From: Ramazzottius varieornatus
Lineage: Eukaryota > Animalia > Tardigrada
NCBI GenBank assembly: GCA_001949185.1
Contig: BDGG01000024.1
Coordinates: 1-64,000 of the forward strand
Length of the DNA stretch: 64,000 bases
Direction of reading: 5' to 3'
Under the pieces are notes generated by a model. The model was given only the letters and a program-made list of their open reading frames with translations. It was not told the origin of the DNA and did not search any database. Below, one piece after another: positions 49,752 to 62,029 of the stretch. How positions within the stretch are numbered: position 1 is the first letter of the stretch; each line of letters starts with the position of its first letter. Made by a program: the position numbers and the translations under genes.

Positions 49752-51571
49752 TTACTTCTCTAGCAGAAACATGCTGTACAGTTCCTCGTGTTTCTTTTCC
49801 GTGAAAGACGGGACAAAATTCACTTCCACCACCTCGGAGAACCCCTCCTCCTTCACCGGGGCTTCATACTTGTTCTTCCAGGCATGAAAGACCATTTCAG
49901 GAACGTGGTCGTGCTCGGGATCAATCAGCTCGCGAAACTGAAACACAAGAGGCTCTTAAAGATTACGCAAGCCACCCGAAGAAATTCAGCCAATTAAAGC
50001 CGAAAAAAACCATAAAATCTGGCGAAAGTTTGGAAATAATTAGCGAACCTTATTATTGTGTTTAGCGTGTTCTATCGATGTAACGAAGACGAAGCATCGA
50101 CAAGCTACTCCGTGCTTCGTCGCCAGCTGGATGTAGCGGTTTCTGGATTCCTTGTCGGGGTTGGTGTTGTCGATGACGACACTCTTGCCAGCTGCCAGTT
50201 GCTTATCCGCTTCGGCCACGCACTTCTGCCACGTCCTGAGCGTGTCGCGGTTGATGTGAACGTACTCTTTGGGAAGGAGGTGCTGCTTGACGAAGTGGCT
50301 CTTGCCGATGCCTGGGGGACCCACCAGGAGAACCAGTTCCTGTGCTTGGGAAAAGAGCGCGGCGGTTGGAGGGGAAACTAGCGTCACTTTGCCTGCCCTA
50401 GCTTCTTCCAGGTACCTTCTCTGCAAAACATAAAATCTTATTTGGATCGCCACGAAAGAAACCTATAATTATGAAGATATTTTGGGCAAACCACAGCCAC
50501 CTATTTTTCAATGCACAAAAAAGTCGTCCGAAACCACCGAACGAGAGGCTCGGCAAAAAAACCCCAACGCGATTCTTCTCCCAAGTGGCGCAAGTTTCTA
50601 GTCTTATTGGATGAAAACATGCGTCGAGCTCGTTTACGGTTTAATTGAGTCCCAAATGATCCAAATAATTCATCAGGCCCTCAAGAAAATGTTCACTTCC
50701 GTCAACGCTCATGGGTTTCGTGCAGCAATAAGAGTTTTACACGTACAGCATCGAAGGCCGTCAGCTCGTACTTTTCGGGCTTCTTATCCAGGAAGTACTC
50801 TTCCGGGGTTTTGAAAGGCAGTTTGGCATTCAGGGCGAATAACCTGTCGGTCGCTGCGAAATCTTTCTTGCCTTTACCGCCCGAGTTCGGTCGACCAGCA
50901 GCATCTACAGCGCGAAATCGGATGTTACGAAGTGGGGAGAAGGAGAAAGATTGAGCTCAGAGAGTCAAAGTAAAAGTCTTACCGCCAACGTAGACGCTGT
51001 TTTCCATGTCGACTGCCACTCCTTCGTTGTAGTTCTGCACAAAGAAATCCCACATACCAGGTGCTGGCTTGCGGTACTGTCCACCTCCCGATGCGCAGAA
51101 GATCTGGATGGGGATGCCGACTTTGGCCAGGAAAGAGTCAACCTTCTGGCGCCATTCGCTCACCTTGGTCTTGCCTTTGGACATGCCCGCTTGGTTGGTG
51201 AAGATGACCACTTTGTAGCCTTCCTTCTGATGGAGACTCTTCAGCTTGTTCGGCACTTCGGGGTATAGAAACTGCCAGTCGCTGGCATCGGTGGCGAAGA
51301 CTTTACCCGAACGAGTTTTGATAAGTGTTCCGTCCAGATCGAAGCCAGCAACCTACCAGTGAAACAAACCAAATATTACTTTTCATCTGAAAGCGGAGCC
51401 AGATCACATGCCTGCATTCGCTCTACAGAACCACGTGACCAGCCTACTTTTCCATAATTGTCAGAACGAGTTATTTCGTACCTTTGCGGAACCTTGGAGC
51501 GGAACGGCTGGTTGGTAAATATGGAGATCATCGTTGAAATCAATCCATCCGGTCGGCGTCTCGTCGCCCAT
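49752..51571 (-). CDS. PNKP: Bifunctional polynucleotide 3'-phosphatase/5'-kinase
   Basis: [45 protein letters not shown]; start codon uncertain. Confidence 0.93.
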
Positions 51572-52199
51572 CTTATCACCAGCAGCTCGGTTTCGTGGTG
51601 GCGAAGCTTTGTAGTTGGGACTGTCCGCGCGCGTCTTCTTGTGGGTTCGGGTAGATGAGACAGCTGAACGTTTACCGTGAAAATTGAGCATTCTTCTCAG
51701 GTTCTCCCTCGTACCTTTCCGATTCCTCTCACCCTCCGGCAGATTCCCCTCGCACAAATGACGAGAAGGAACGAGAATCCACAGGAAATTTGAGTTTCAA
51801 AATCAAGGAAGAGATTCAAAATTACGGTTTTGTCCCCAAAAAGGCCCTAGGCGCAATGCGGGCGTGTGTGAATACGTCCCCGGGTGTAACACGATGATTT
51901 TACATCAAGCCGGGGTTGGACCAGGTGGCTTCGGAAAGTGCGCCAAAAAAAGTTTTCTTGTTCTTGTGTGGAGAAGTGGGTCCCGTGGGTCCCTCCAGAT
52001 TCCGAATTCCGAACGAGGTGGTGAGTCACCCTCAGTGCGATCTGACTCCAACGGATTACACTACATCGACAATCTGTGTCGTTCTACTGCAGACTAGGAC
52101 CCGCGATAGGAACACATGGATGCTGTTTGGAGCATGGAATTGGAAGAGATGGTTTTGGGAAAGGACGAAAGATTTTAAGATGGCGCAGCGAGTATAACG

Positions 52200-54000
52200 G
52201 CTTCCATGCTGCAATCTCTTCTCTCCGGCAACTACTACGATGTCCTCTTTAGAGTTGGCCAACCAGGAGAGATGAAGACATCATATTGACATCATTATTC
52301 TAGATGGGTTCACTAAAAGTCTAAGCCGGGAAAGCAGTACATGTACCTTCAGTAACTATTCGATCTAGCCGACTGTTTCTGTTTTCTGCTTTTTCGGCTC
52401 ATATTTCACGAAACACCGAAAATAGTGATGTTGGCGTAAGGGTATTCCGACTTAATATATTTTGATTTAATAAGATCGTGCTGCCGTATTTCTAACATAA
52501 TTTCAATATAATGTTCCACGACTTGGGAGCATCTAACATGATGTCAATATATTAACTTGTTTTGTCGGGTCTCTATTATAATGTATTATAATATTTCTGA
52601 TGCGTGTATGAACAGAGTAAGGGAGCTTTCGTTCTCAGTCCTAACTCTGTTTTGGTGTTACCGAAGCCACGGAACTTTCCTCCAGTTACAATTTCGTGAA
52701 AAAAAGAGACGACAAACATAGCGTTCGGAAACGCAAAACCGGACCTGGAGAAGCGGGCAGCGTCACACTGAGGAATAGGCATTGTTAGTATGTAGGTGGA
52801 TCGTGAAACTCGTATTTCTACATTGTTTGTTCAAACGAAGCGTGACAATCAATCTATTACCCTGAACGTTGATCAATGTGCTCTCACGTGCAGATGCATG
52901 ATGCGTTGAGATCGAACCTAGCAGCGCACAGTGCAAGGTCACGCGATTCAGTGGCGCAAATCAAGCGTTAGTCTAATCAAACCGAAGTGGTTGATAATTC
53001 TAATATGAAGCGCTCTGCGAGTTAATATTAATATAATATCTTCAGCTCTGGTTCCCATCTGATTTAACACTAATAAATATCCCACCTCGATCGAGGTATC
53101 TAATAACTATTAATATTTTATGTTAGATGCAAAAAGCATCTAATAAGTTCTAGTTTAATATAATGTTCATATATGCCAACATCGCTAACCGAAAAGTGAC
53201 TATCCTACTGAGCTTGGTTACGGGTTTCAAGACATTGGTCTTCAAGCGCGAACGTCAAAAGCCGTGACAAACTTTCCGGGTATCACTTTATATCTGATAA
53301 AAAATCTAGGTTTGATATCAAACAATATCGAAGTTTTTCTATGGCCTGAATTTTTGCACTCGAACGTTCCCTTGTCAGTCCACTATGTTTAGAGCGACCC
53401 TGCGGGATCTTCTCAGTCAAAACTGACCATAACTTTCAATATTTACACTGCCGCTCCTCCGCGCTACCCGTTTCCGTTTTTCTATATCATCGACAAGCTT
53501 CGAGCGAGCCGAAGGCGAAACGAACAGCTTGTACAGCTTTGATTAATGTTGGAGTAAGTCGGTCAGCAGTCATCAAGTCAACTTGAGTGTGTAGAGTCTT
53601 GAAAATATGGCCGAAATTATTGTTGCGGTTAACCTCACAAAGACTGCGCTCGGCAGATCTGCGGAGCTAACCGTGTCGACATGTTCATGGCCTCTCACGA
53701 GTATTTGATAAGGGAATTACAGAAACTCTACACTCGTAAATTCAGAGACTGCATGTCGATGAGAAACATCCGCGAAATTGTAGAGATGGTATTTTCAATA
53801 ATGAAATCTCTCGTTTGTACTTATCCAGAAGATTGCTGACTATCCTGATTACCCTTGTAGCTGGCAGAACGACGTGTACGAAGACAGAATCATCGGCCAG
53901 TATTGCTTAGACTTTGTTTCGGACAACGCCTGGAAGCTCATTCAAAAGGAGGAATTCTACACAGGGAGGTCGCACGAGCATCTCGTCTACGTTTGGAAAA
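52200..54000 (+). pseudogene. Degenerate BTB(-BACK) domain gene, interrupted by a hAT MITE
   Basis: YYDVLFRVG near 52240; ASHEYLIRELQKL...NIREIVEM and YCLDFVSDNAWKLIQKEEF at 53680-53960; stops and frameshifts. Confidence 0.5.
52423..53187. mobile_element. Non-autonomous hAT element (MITE)
   Basis: TIRs TAGTGATGTTGGC / GCCAACATCGCTA; perfect 8-bp TSD ACCGAAAA. Confidence 0.85.
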
Positions 54001-55439
54001 ACATGGAAAGAGATGGTGATGACGGCGTTTTATCTGATGAACGTCAACGGGACGACTGCACTTCCGTTTGGCCGACCTCTGCCAAACTGTAAAGCACCCG
54101 CGTGGTCGACGTGAGTTCTACCAATGTCCACCCCGCCCAAGCCAACGTGCTACCACCTGGCATTTCGACGAGGATAATTCACAATGCTACATTCCCGTTC
54201 GTGCTTCCCCTTTCTCCATACAACTTTTCCAGCTGCTTCGACTGAGCAATGATTCGTTCAGTTATGGTGAAAAGCTGTTTGAAAAACCTGACAAGTATGA
54301 CTTCCGGTGGGGAAGACATGCCGCCAGGGGGTAAAACGCAGTCTACAAACTACCATGCTTGAGTTCTTATCCTGAAAATGATGTAAATAAACATATAACT
54401 ATTCTAATAACCGAAAAGAATCGAGAAAGACCAAAAAAGGTCCCTGCGAATTTGACAAAGATTTAAAACCGTCAAATCTGACAGTTTTTCTGGGAAAACT
54501 CGTTTTCGAAACAATTTCTGACTGTTTTCTAGAACGGTCGATTTGCTGTTCCAGCCATTTTTCCTTTAGTTCAATGTTTGTAATGATTGTTTCTGGTTAC
54601 CGTAAAGCGGGATGCCAAGGGAAAACTGAGAAAACGTTTTTCGAAAACGGACCCAAAAATGACAAAACTTGGTGCGTTTTTCACTCAGCACCTCGCTGAG
54701 GTTAACGTCGATCATGACTTTCCGTAAACAAATTTTCGGCCAATAATGTTCCGAGAGGCAGCAAAGACAATGCCAGACCGGGGAAAAGTTATTTCGAAGT
54801 GGAAAACTAATCTAGACAAGCTGGCTTTGGTAAAAATGGGTGGTAGCAAGTTGGGTTGGCGGGCTGTAGATCTCTTTGAAAGTCTTTGCAAGAGACTAGG
54901 CTTCTGCATTCGGTCTGAACACTTTCTTTATAGCGGCTCAGGACGCATCCGACTGTTGAATGGTACGGTTGTTGCAGCACGGCGGCATCTCTTGCAAGCT
55001 GCCATAAGTAACAAGTAAGTATGAGGGACGACACGTTATTTACTTTGGAGGTGCGTCGAAGTGTGAGGTTCTTAGGCACCTTGCGTGCCAGCCAGAATTT
55101 CACGACGAACGTTCAAATTTTACGTTGAGCGGTGAGTCATCACCGAGCGCGACGTAAATTACGTTGGGCGAGCTTCGTGACGGTGGCAAAATGACGACGA
55201 AGGCCCTCTCGCTTCGTAACGTTAAAATTTCACGACGTTGACTGCTTCGCAGATAACTACCTGCAGTGAATTCTGCCGTACATCCATGCTTCCCTGGTGT
55301 TCGTACAGGACAATTGATCCGGGGTACTCTGCCGCCGTTCGAACAGCAGATATCAGATTTATTTTCATAATTTTGATTTAGTCCGCTTCTTTACACATTC
55401 TGACATTTTTGGCCACTATTTCGATTATCTGTCTCCAAG

Positions 55440-56742
55440 ATGGCTTCTTCTGGAATCTCCACTACACAACAAGGTAGAACTGGACGCAAGAAGGCAGCAG
55501 CTGTTCCTGAAACGACCGAGAAATCGGCGGAAGTCAGCGACATGGATAAACTGGACCTGATTATCCTGAAAGAAATCAAGGCCTATAATCTGTATTCCGT
55601 TTCAACGCACAACAGCAAGAAGATATGGGAAACGATTGTGGAACGTTCTAATGGGTTGATCACTGTCCACAAGCTGAAAGTCGGATCTCGTAATGAACGC
55701 AACATAAAGGATCGCCTCAAGAAGCTGATCAGAGAGAGAACGGCCAAAGTCAACAAAGAAATCAACACGACCGGCGGAGGAGCAACTGACCCTCTCTCCG
55801 AAGCGGAACATCTGATCGTCGGCATCATCAATGACCAGAACAAGAGTGAGGAACGTTTTCAAGCAGAAGAAGAGAAGGAGGAGGCAGAGGCGGATGAGGT
55901 GAAGTCCATCCAGCAGAAGGCACTTCTAATCATGAAGCGAAAGCGAACAGATGGTGAGTCACCAAATCAAGTAATTCAATCAAGCGACTATTTTTGCTTG
56001 TATTTTACTGCGCGCAAAATAAATCTAATTTTTAATCATGTTTTGCATTACAGATGAAGACATTTTCGAAGGTGTTGAGGACTGGAAAGCTGACGAAGAA
56101 AGAGAGTTCCTGTTGGATGTTGGAATCAACCGCGACAACCGTCAAGCAGAAGAGGAAGACGGAGCTGATGCTTCCAACAAAGACGAAGGGAATACGGATG
56201 GGAAGAACGATGGAAAAGCTGACGGTGCTCATAAGAAGAAAACAACAGCGCAAATTGAGCCCGGAAAAAAGAGACTTCGAGTGAACGCGACTGAAAGAAT
56301 GATGGACAACAAAATGAAAGGTGCATAACTCTCTATCAAATTGATTTATCGATGGACAGGACAAAGTGGTGTCGGCACCACTTTGTCCCGTGACCAGTTC
56401 ATTTGCGAGTTGTAGTGTTAATATTTTTATAGTTAATTCGACGAGCATATTTTAGTTGATCAAGAGATCAAAGATGCGGAGCTACGGACCAAGCTGGTGA
56501 TTGCCAAGATGGAAATTGCTGAGCGAGAGAAGGATCGCGAAATTCGCCGAAAAGAGCAAGAAATGCAGGAAAACAAGATCAAGTTGGAGCATGAGTTCAA
56601 CATGAGAAAACTAGAACTGGAAACGCAACTGGAACTGGAAAAGCAAAGGAAATCTAGTTTGGAAAATAACACCGTTTCTGCTCTCTTGCAACTCTTGCCG
56701 AAGAACAACTCAGTAAACTACCCGCAGAGTTTCGATTACTAG
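55440..56742 (+). CDS. Harbinger accessory Myb/SANT-like protein with acidic and coiled-coil regions
   Basis: Exons 55440-55953, 56054-56320, 56456-56742; IWETI...NERNIKDRLKKL...TTGG. Confidence 0.75.
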
Positions 56743-56811
56743 CTTAAATTTACCGATGATTACAATAAATCTTGCCACCTGCTCGTGATAGAAATGTAGG
56801 AATAAAATAAA

Positions 56812-57914
56812 TCAGTAAAAATATTCCTCTAAGGTTGGGGCACTTAGACCGAAGTACTGGCCAGTCTGGCTTTCGTACAGACAAGTGTGGGCATTTGTAA
56901 GCAGAACGGCCACTCTAAAGTACAGTCCAACGGGTTGCAGAAGCACTTTCTGGTTCCTAGGGAAATCAAGAAAGGCCCATAGTACACAACATTTTCCAAA
57001 CATCCATTCAACAGACACGCGCAGCTTACTCATTACGTAGTTTAAGTCAGCCTCGGCCTGGTTGGTAACAGAGCGAAAAGGTGCTATAAGCTCACGAGTG
57101 GAGGTATATCCGTGATCGCCATAGATGTAGAATTTCCAGTCTGCATCCTCTCGTTTCCGTTTCAGCTGGTCGATCAGGTTACTTTCTTGGTACATCCTCC
57201 AGTCGTGCCTCTTTCCGACGATAGGACCCGCAAGATGGACAATCAGACCGTTTGGCAAACCCACAGCTTGATACTTTAAACCATGCTTTCGCTTATGGCC
57301 ATTGTAGAGGTGTCGCTGGAGGCGTGAAGGTCTACCAGAATACAAAAACAGAAAAATAAAAATTAGGTTAACATAAACAGTATCGACTGAAATTTTGGTT
57401 AGGCCGTACCTTGCAACAGCACACACTGTCCCGTCAATAAACCCAGTACATTTGTCGTATGGCGCTCCCTTTTCCTGTATGACTTGCGCACATTCACGTA
57501 GCTTGTTTTTGTCCAGCCAGGGATGGTCTAGAGTGTCCAGGAGATGGGCGAATTGATCATGGATGTAGTGGATACCGTAGTTAAACATGCGAGAAAGCGC
57601 CATTCTTCTATGTCACACAGTCGGGACGGATAGGCAAGTCGCCTTAGCACCACGCACAAGATTTCCATACCACTGCACTTTATTCCATTGCCCAGCGTAA
57701 CCGTGTCAGGAATGCGAAGAACAGTACACAAGCGCTCCAGATCATCCATCTCAAACCGGAAATTCTCCCTGCACTGCTTCAGCGTCATGTTGTCCAAGTC
57801 GACCGTTGTTCGCGGAAGGTTCCGCTCTTCAGCACTAGATGCCGTGCAGATGATCAACTCTTCTTCATCGATGATACCCAGACCATAAGCAGTCAATAAC
57901 ATCTCATGGTCCAT
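56812..57914 (-). pseudogene. Harbinger DDE transposase with a frameshift
   Basis: RRLAYPSRL, FIDGT, YNGHKRKHGLKYQ, YGDHGY, RVSVEW; frame change near 57600; one intron at about 57333-57409. Confidence 0.85.
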
Positions 57915-58989
57915 GATGGAGATGGGAATTAAAAGAAGCAATGGCTGTAGGAGCGGATTACTCGTTTGAAATTCGAACTAGAAAATAAATTCCATCCAGC
58001 TACTTCTGGGAACAAAAGTAGTCAAATCAACCGGCAGCGTTCGGCGGACACGGACCGTGCCGCTGGTTGATGTCCACCGTTCGTAAAGTTTTTCTCGCAA
58101 GAGCCAAAATCAAATTTTACGTCGACGAGGAACGTGAAGTTCTTCGTCGTGAAATTTCACCGTTCGTAGTAAAATTCTGGCTGGCACGCAAGGTGCCTCT
58201 TATCCACATTAATTTCCCGCCGCAGATCTGTCTGTGAATGTGACTGTAAGCGGCGGAAGCAGTGTGACCTTCGGACTCTGCAGTGCGGCTGTGATTGTCT
58301 TGCCACTCTTAAACAACGCTGTCGCTTCCAAAAATGCAAATCGAATGGGCAAATTCTCACCGTTGTAAAACAATTGAGAAAGATGAACGGGCAAAGAAAG
58401 TGAAGTTCCACAAACCGGACGTGGATAATGATTGAATGTGCCGCTGGAATAAGGTGCTGTTGTGTTTCGTAGTATTTTGTTAAATGTCAGAAGGGCTCTG
58501 TCGTTTTATTTTCCCAAGAGTGTTTGATACAGAATTTATTTTCCCGAACGTCCGAATAGAAAAGTTGTGTTTTGCGCAGATGGTTTGAACAAAGAACAGT
58601 TTGGACAAAACGATTGCATTTAGCGAAGTTTGAAAATTCAAGATTTGTAATTCGGCTCGCGATTCACGAAACGAAGGGGGGGCTTTGTTCGTGAATCACG
58701 AAGAAAATGACCCGTAGATCGAACGTGAGCGAATTGCCGTCAGTAATGCTCTAGCTGGCCCGAAGCACTGGGAAGCGTAATCGGTGCCCGGGCGACACGG
58801 GGCCTCCACTCCGGACAATCAGGCAATCAAAATGCTTATCGGCCATCACCTTCTTAACTTTGGTGGGCAAAATCATGAATTTCCAATCGTTTCCAAATTC
58901 AATCGTTTTGTCCAAACTATCATTTGTTTAAAGCTCGAACCATCAGCGCAAAGTGCAACTTCTCTATTTACCAAACAAGCCATAGCAGT

Positions 58990-61900
58990 TCAGAAATATG
59001 GTAAGGCGATTTCGGCTGGATTGCGTTGTTCCACTGTTGACAGACGGTGGTTCATTCTGATCGCCGGCGTCGACGGTGAGATTGTAGCAGCGCTGGAGAA
59101 GCCAAGGGCTAAGCGGAGCAGCTGCTGTTCCAACTGGTAACCATCCCAAGCGGAGGCCTCACCAGCTGCCCTCCTTGAACTGCCAGAACAAAACAAAGTT
59201 CAAAGCAGTCTTCCGCTTATCGTAAAAGCCTCAGCACCCAGTACTCGAGTACTCCAACCTCGGGAAGTAAAACATTCAGGGATGGGCGGCGACAGGGCAT
59301 CAGAAAAAAGTTATAAGCTCATAGACGTTTTACTGGCCCGATCCTGGACAGGCTGGTAATTTTCGACACCCTTCTTTGTAGGTTTTCCTCGCGTCACTGT
59401 CTTGTCACTTACGTTCGCAGACCAATCCCGATCAAGATGGCGACAAACAGCAGCAGCAGCAGCAGCAGAGCCAAACATCCAACAATCAGCGAAATTTGGT
59501 TCGGGCTTTCTGCGGCACGAAACGTCATCAAGCTGATAATACACTGTATGCTAGTATTGTTGCTGCTACTTGACCTGTTATGCGGCACGATTCCTTTGTA
59601 CCATAAAAGCCACAGGGCGGCTCGTTTGGTGGTGGGAATGGTACGGGCCACAAGAGTTTCGTGCTATCCGTGAATCTCGCTGCGAAAGCGTCTAGCGTCA
59701 TGACGGTGACTGGCCATGCATTGGAGCCTTGGAAGTGCTGAACGGTTAGCGGTTGCTGTCGTTCGCCGGTCTCGTCCAACACTATTGGACCAGTGTCCAG
59801 TGTGAAGGTCCGGTTGAGAAAGTGGCCAGCAAGCCAAGATCCATCGTTGATATCGGTAGGCCGGTTACTGTCGGACAAGAGCTCCTTCAGCACTGTACCG
59901 AACATTATGACGCTTTCGTAGCAGGCCATCACAAACGGATTGGGCTGAGGAAAAACAAACAGTTGACCACTGCCAGTCCGTTCGAAACTGCCTTTCTCAA
60001 AGTTCTACACACGCATAATAATTAACCTGCCATAATTATTGACCTTGTAAAGCTATCGAAAGCGCTGGGGCTTTGATTGATTGGTCAGTTTAGCTGGCAA
60101 ATGCCGTTTTCGACCGCTGGGCGATAGCTTTGTCGCGGTCGATAATTAGGTCAAGGATGTCTTCCTATTCAGCTTTATCATCATCGTGCACCTTTTCATC
60201 CGCTGGATACGTGAAGTTGAAATCTAGCGCGGACCTTCTTTTGAACTCCTCTTGTAGTTCGAAGTGTCGAAGATCCTTCGGGTCATCTTTGGCAGCAGTC
60301 ATCACAAGTAGGGTTCTATAGGCTTTCAAAGCATCCTATCAATGTAAAATAATATCTTTTGCATTCCAGTCCTGAGACAGAACGCTTACAAACTCGGTTC
60401 AGAGCAAATAATTATACTTCGTCAAATTGATCAAAGTAGTTCCACGTTAGGTTGCCGAAAAATGCACCATGATGGAACGGTTCTGCTGCCAGATACACCT
60501 GTCCAAAGCAAGGCTTACTGTTGTTGGTGTTAGCCAGCGAAAGAAGAAAACTGGCTCGGTGACAAGGTCATTGCAAAAGAGACTTACGTAGTCGCCGTTT
60601 GTCATGTTCAGACCTTGCGCTCGCAGCTGTTGGTGAAAGGACAAAATTTATGGAGCGGTGTATGATAGTCGTACTCATCAGACGTTTCATTCAACTTAAA
60701 ACCATATGCATATTCAGCGCTGCCCCAAACAATCTGATTTTTTTCAGCAGCCTACAGTTTGGAGGATCTGGGTTAGATTGCACTGAAAATTAACCAAACT
60801 GGTTCGGTTCGGCTTCTGGAGCCGAGTTGTTTGTCTGCTAGAAAGAATCAAAATTGCCTGGGCCCTGCTGCCAGTATTTACCATAAATTGTCGAAGTCTC
60901 TGCCCGAACCCCAAGAACAGTACGACTAAATGCGTGGACGAGATATCAAACACAGGTGACTAGTGGCTCAGTACAGCGTTTGTCAGTGAAGGAGCGGCAC
61001 TGCGGTACCTCGCGAAGTGAACTGTATGGTCCGCAATGTCAGCGTAAAGTCGTAGTCCGGATAGTCTTTGTCGATCTGGGTGTACTTCAATGAGGTAAAG
61101 TGTCTTAATTCAGCTCTCAACGTACCGGCCAGAAATCCGTGGAAAGGTGGGGTTGGAATATCATGCACTAGAGAGACTGAAGTCCAGATGAAGCGGGCCA
61201 GTAACATTTTCAGGAGTTGAAGGTAACTCTTCATAGCACTGTTGCCGCTCATTATCACATTTGGATACAGCTCCTTGTCGCGGAACACCGGTTCGGCAGT
61301 GCCCCTAAGCACATAGTATTTTATGGTGCTTACAGGCCGGCCAAGATACGTAGAGTATTGTCATGTGAAGTCACTTGTTCTGCGGAAATATAAGGCCAAA
61401 ACGCGGCAGCAAATTTACAATTATCGTACTTACGCGATCATCATGAAGACATTCCAACCTCGGATAAGTTTTGCAATATTTATTCGCTCGGTACATCCTA
61501 TAAGCATACTTGAGCTGTGGCACTTGGTTCACCATAAAGCACCATCATGTTAAAGTGATGTACAGCCTGAGCTACTGTGGTTCTGGCTGATTGTTGAGGG
61601 GACAAAACCTCGCGTACCGGCTGCGATGAAGGCAGTCATGTTGGAGCGTTCAGTCCGGCGTTTGTAATAGTACTGCGCAAGCATGTTATCCACATTGTCA
61701 GTAAAGGGTGGACATGTCTGGTAGTGGGCATCGTAGAGTAGCGTATGCTCAAAACGTACGACGTTACCCAATGACTTTTTGAGTTCTTCCAGCGCAAGCA
61801 ACATTGCCGGTGCGGTATACGGTAAACTGGAAATTGTGGATGTGGACTGAATAATACCGACGGAGATAATCTCAATTGATAGTGGAATATTAACAGAAAC

Positions 61901-62029
61901 ATTGGCTGCACTGCTACTAATGGCCCCAAGAGGGAACAAACTCAGAAAAGTCTTGAGAGTGGCAAGTTGAATTAATAGGATCCGTTTCCAACGAACGTAA
62001 CGGCAACCTCGTTCCATAACCAAGGCCAT
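58990..62029 (-). CDS. ANP-receptor/receptor guanylyl cyclase-like ectodomain protein with one TM segment and a short tail
   Basis: Signal-like N-terminus, SLPYTAPAM, FRDKELYP, IVLDETGER, PPNEPPCGF, TM segment LIVGCLALLLLLLLFVAILIGIGL; last exon ends at 58990. Confidence 0.8.

Larger units (their letters stand above)
55074..58198. mobile_element. Second PIF/Harbinger-superfamily transposon
   Basis: 38-bp TIRs starting AGGCACCTTGCGTGCCAGCCAGAATTT, 2 mismatches; 3-bp TSD CTT; two convergent genes. Confidence 0.92.
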
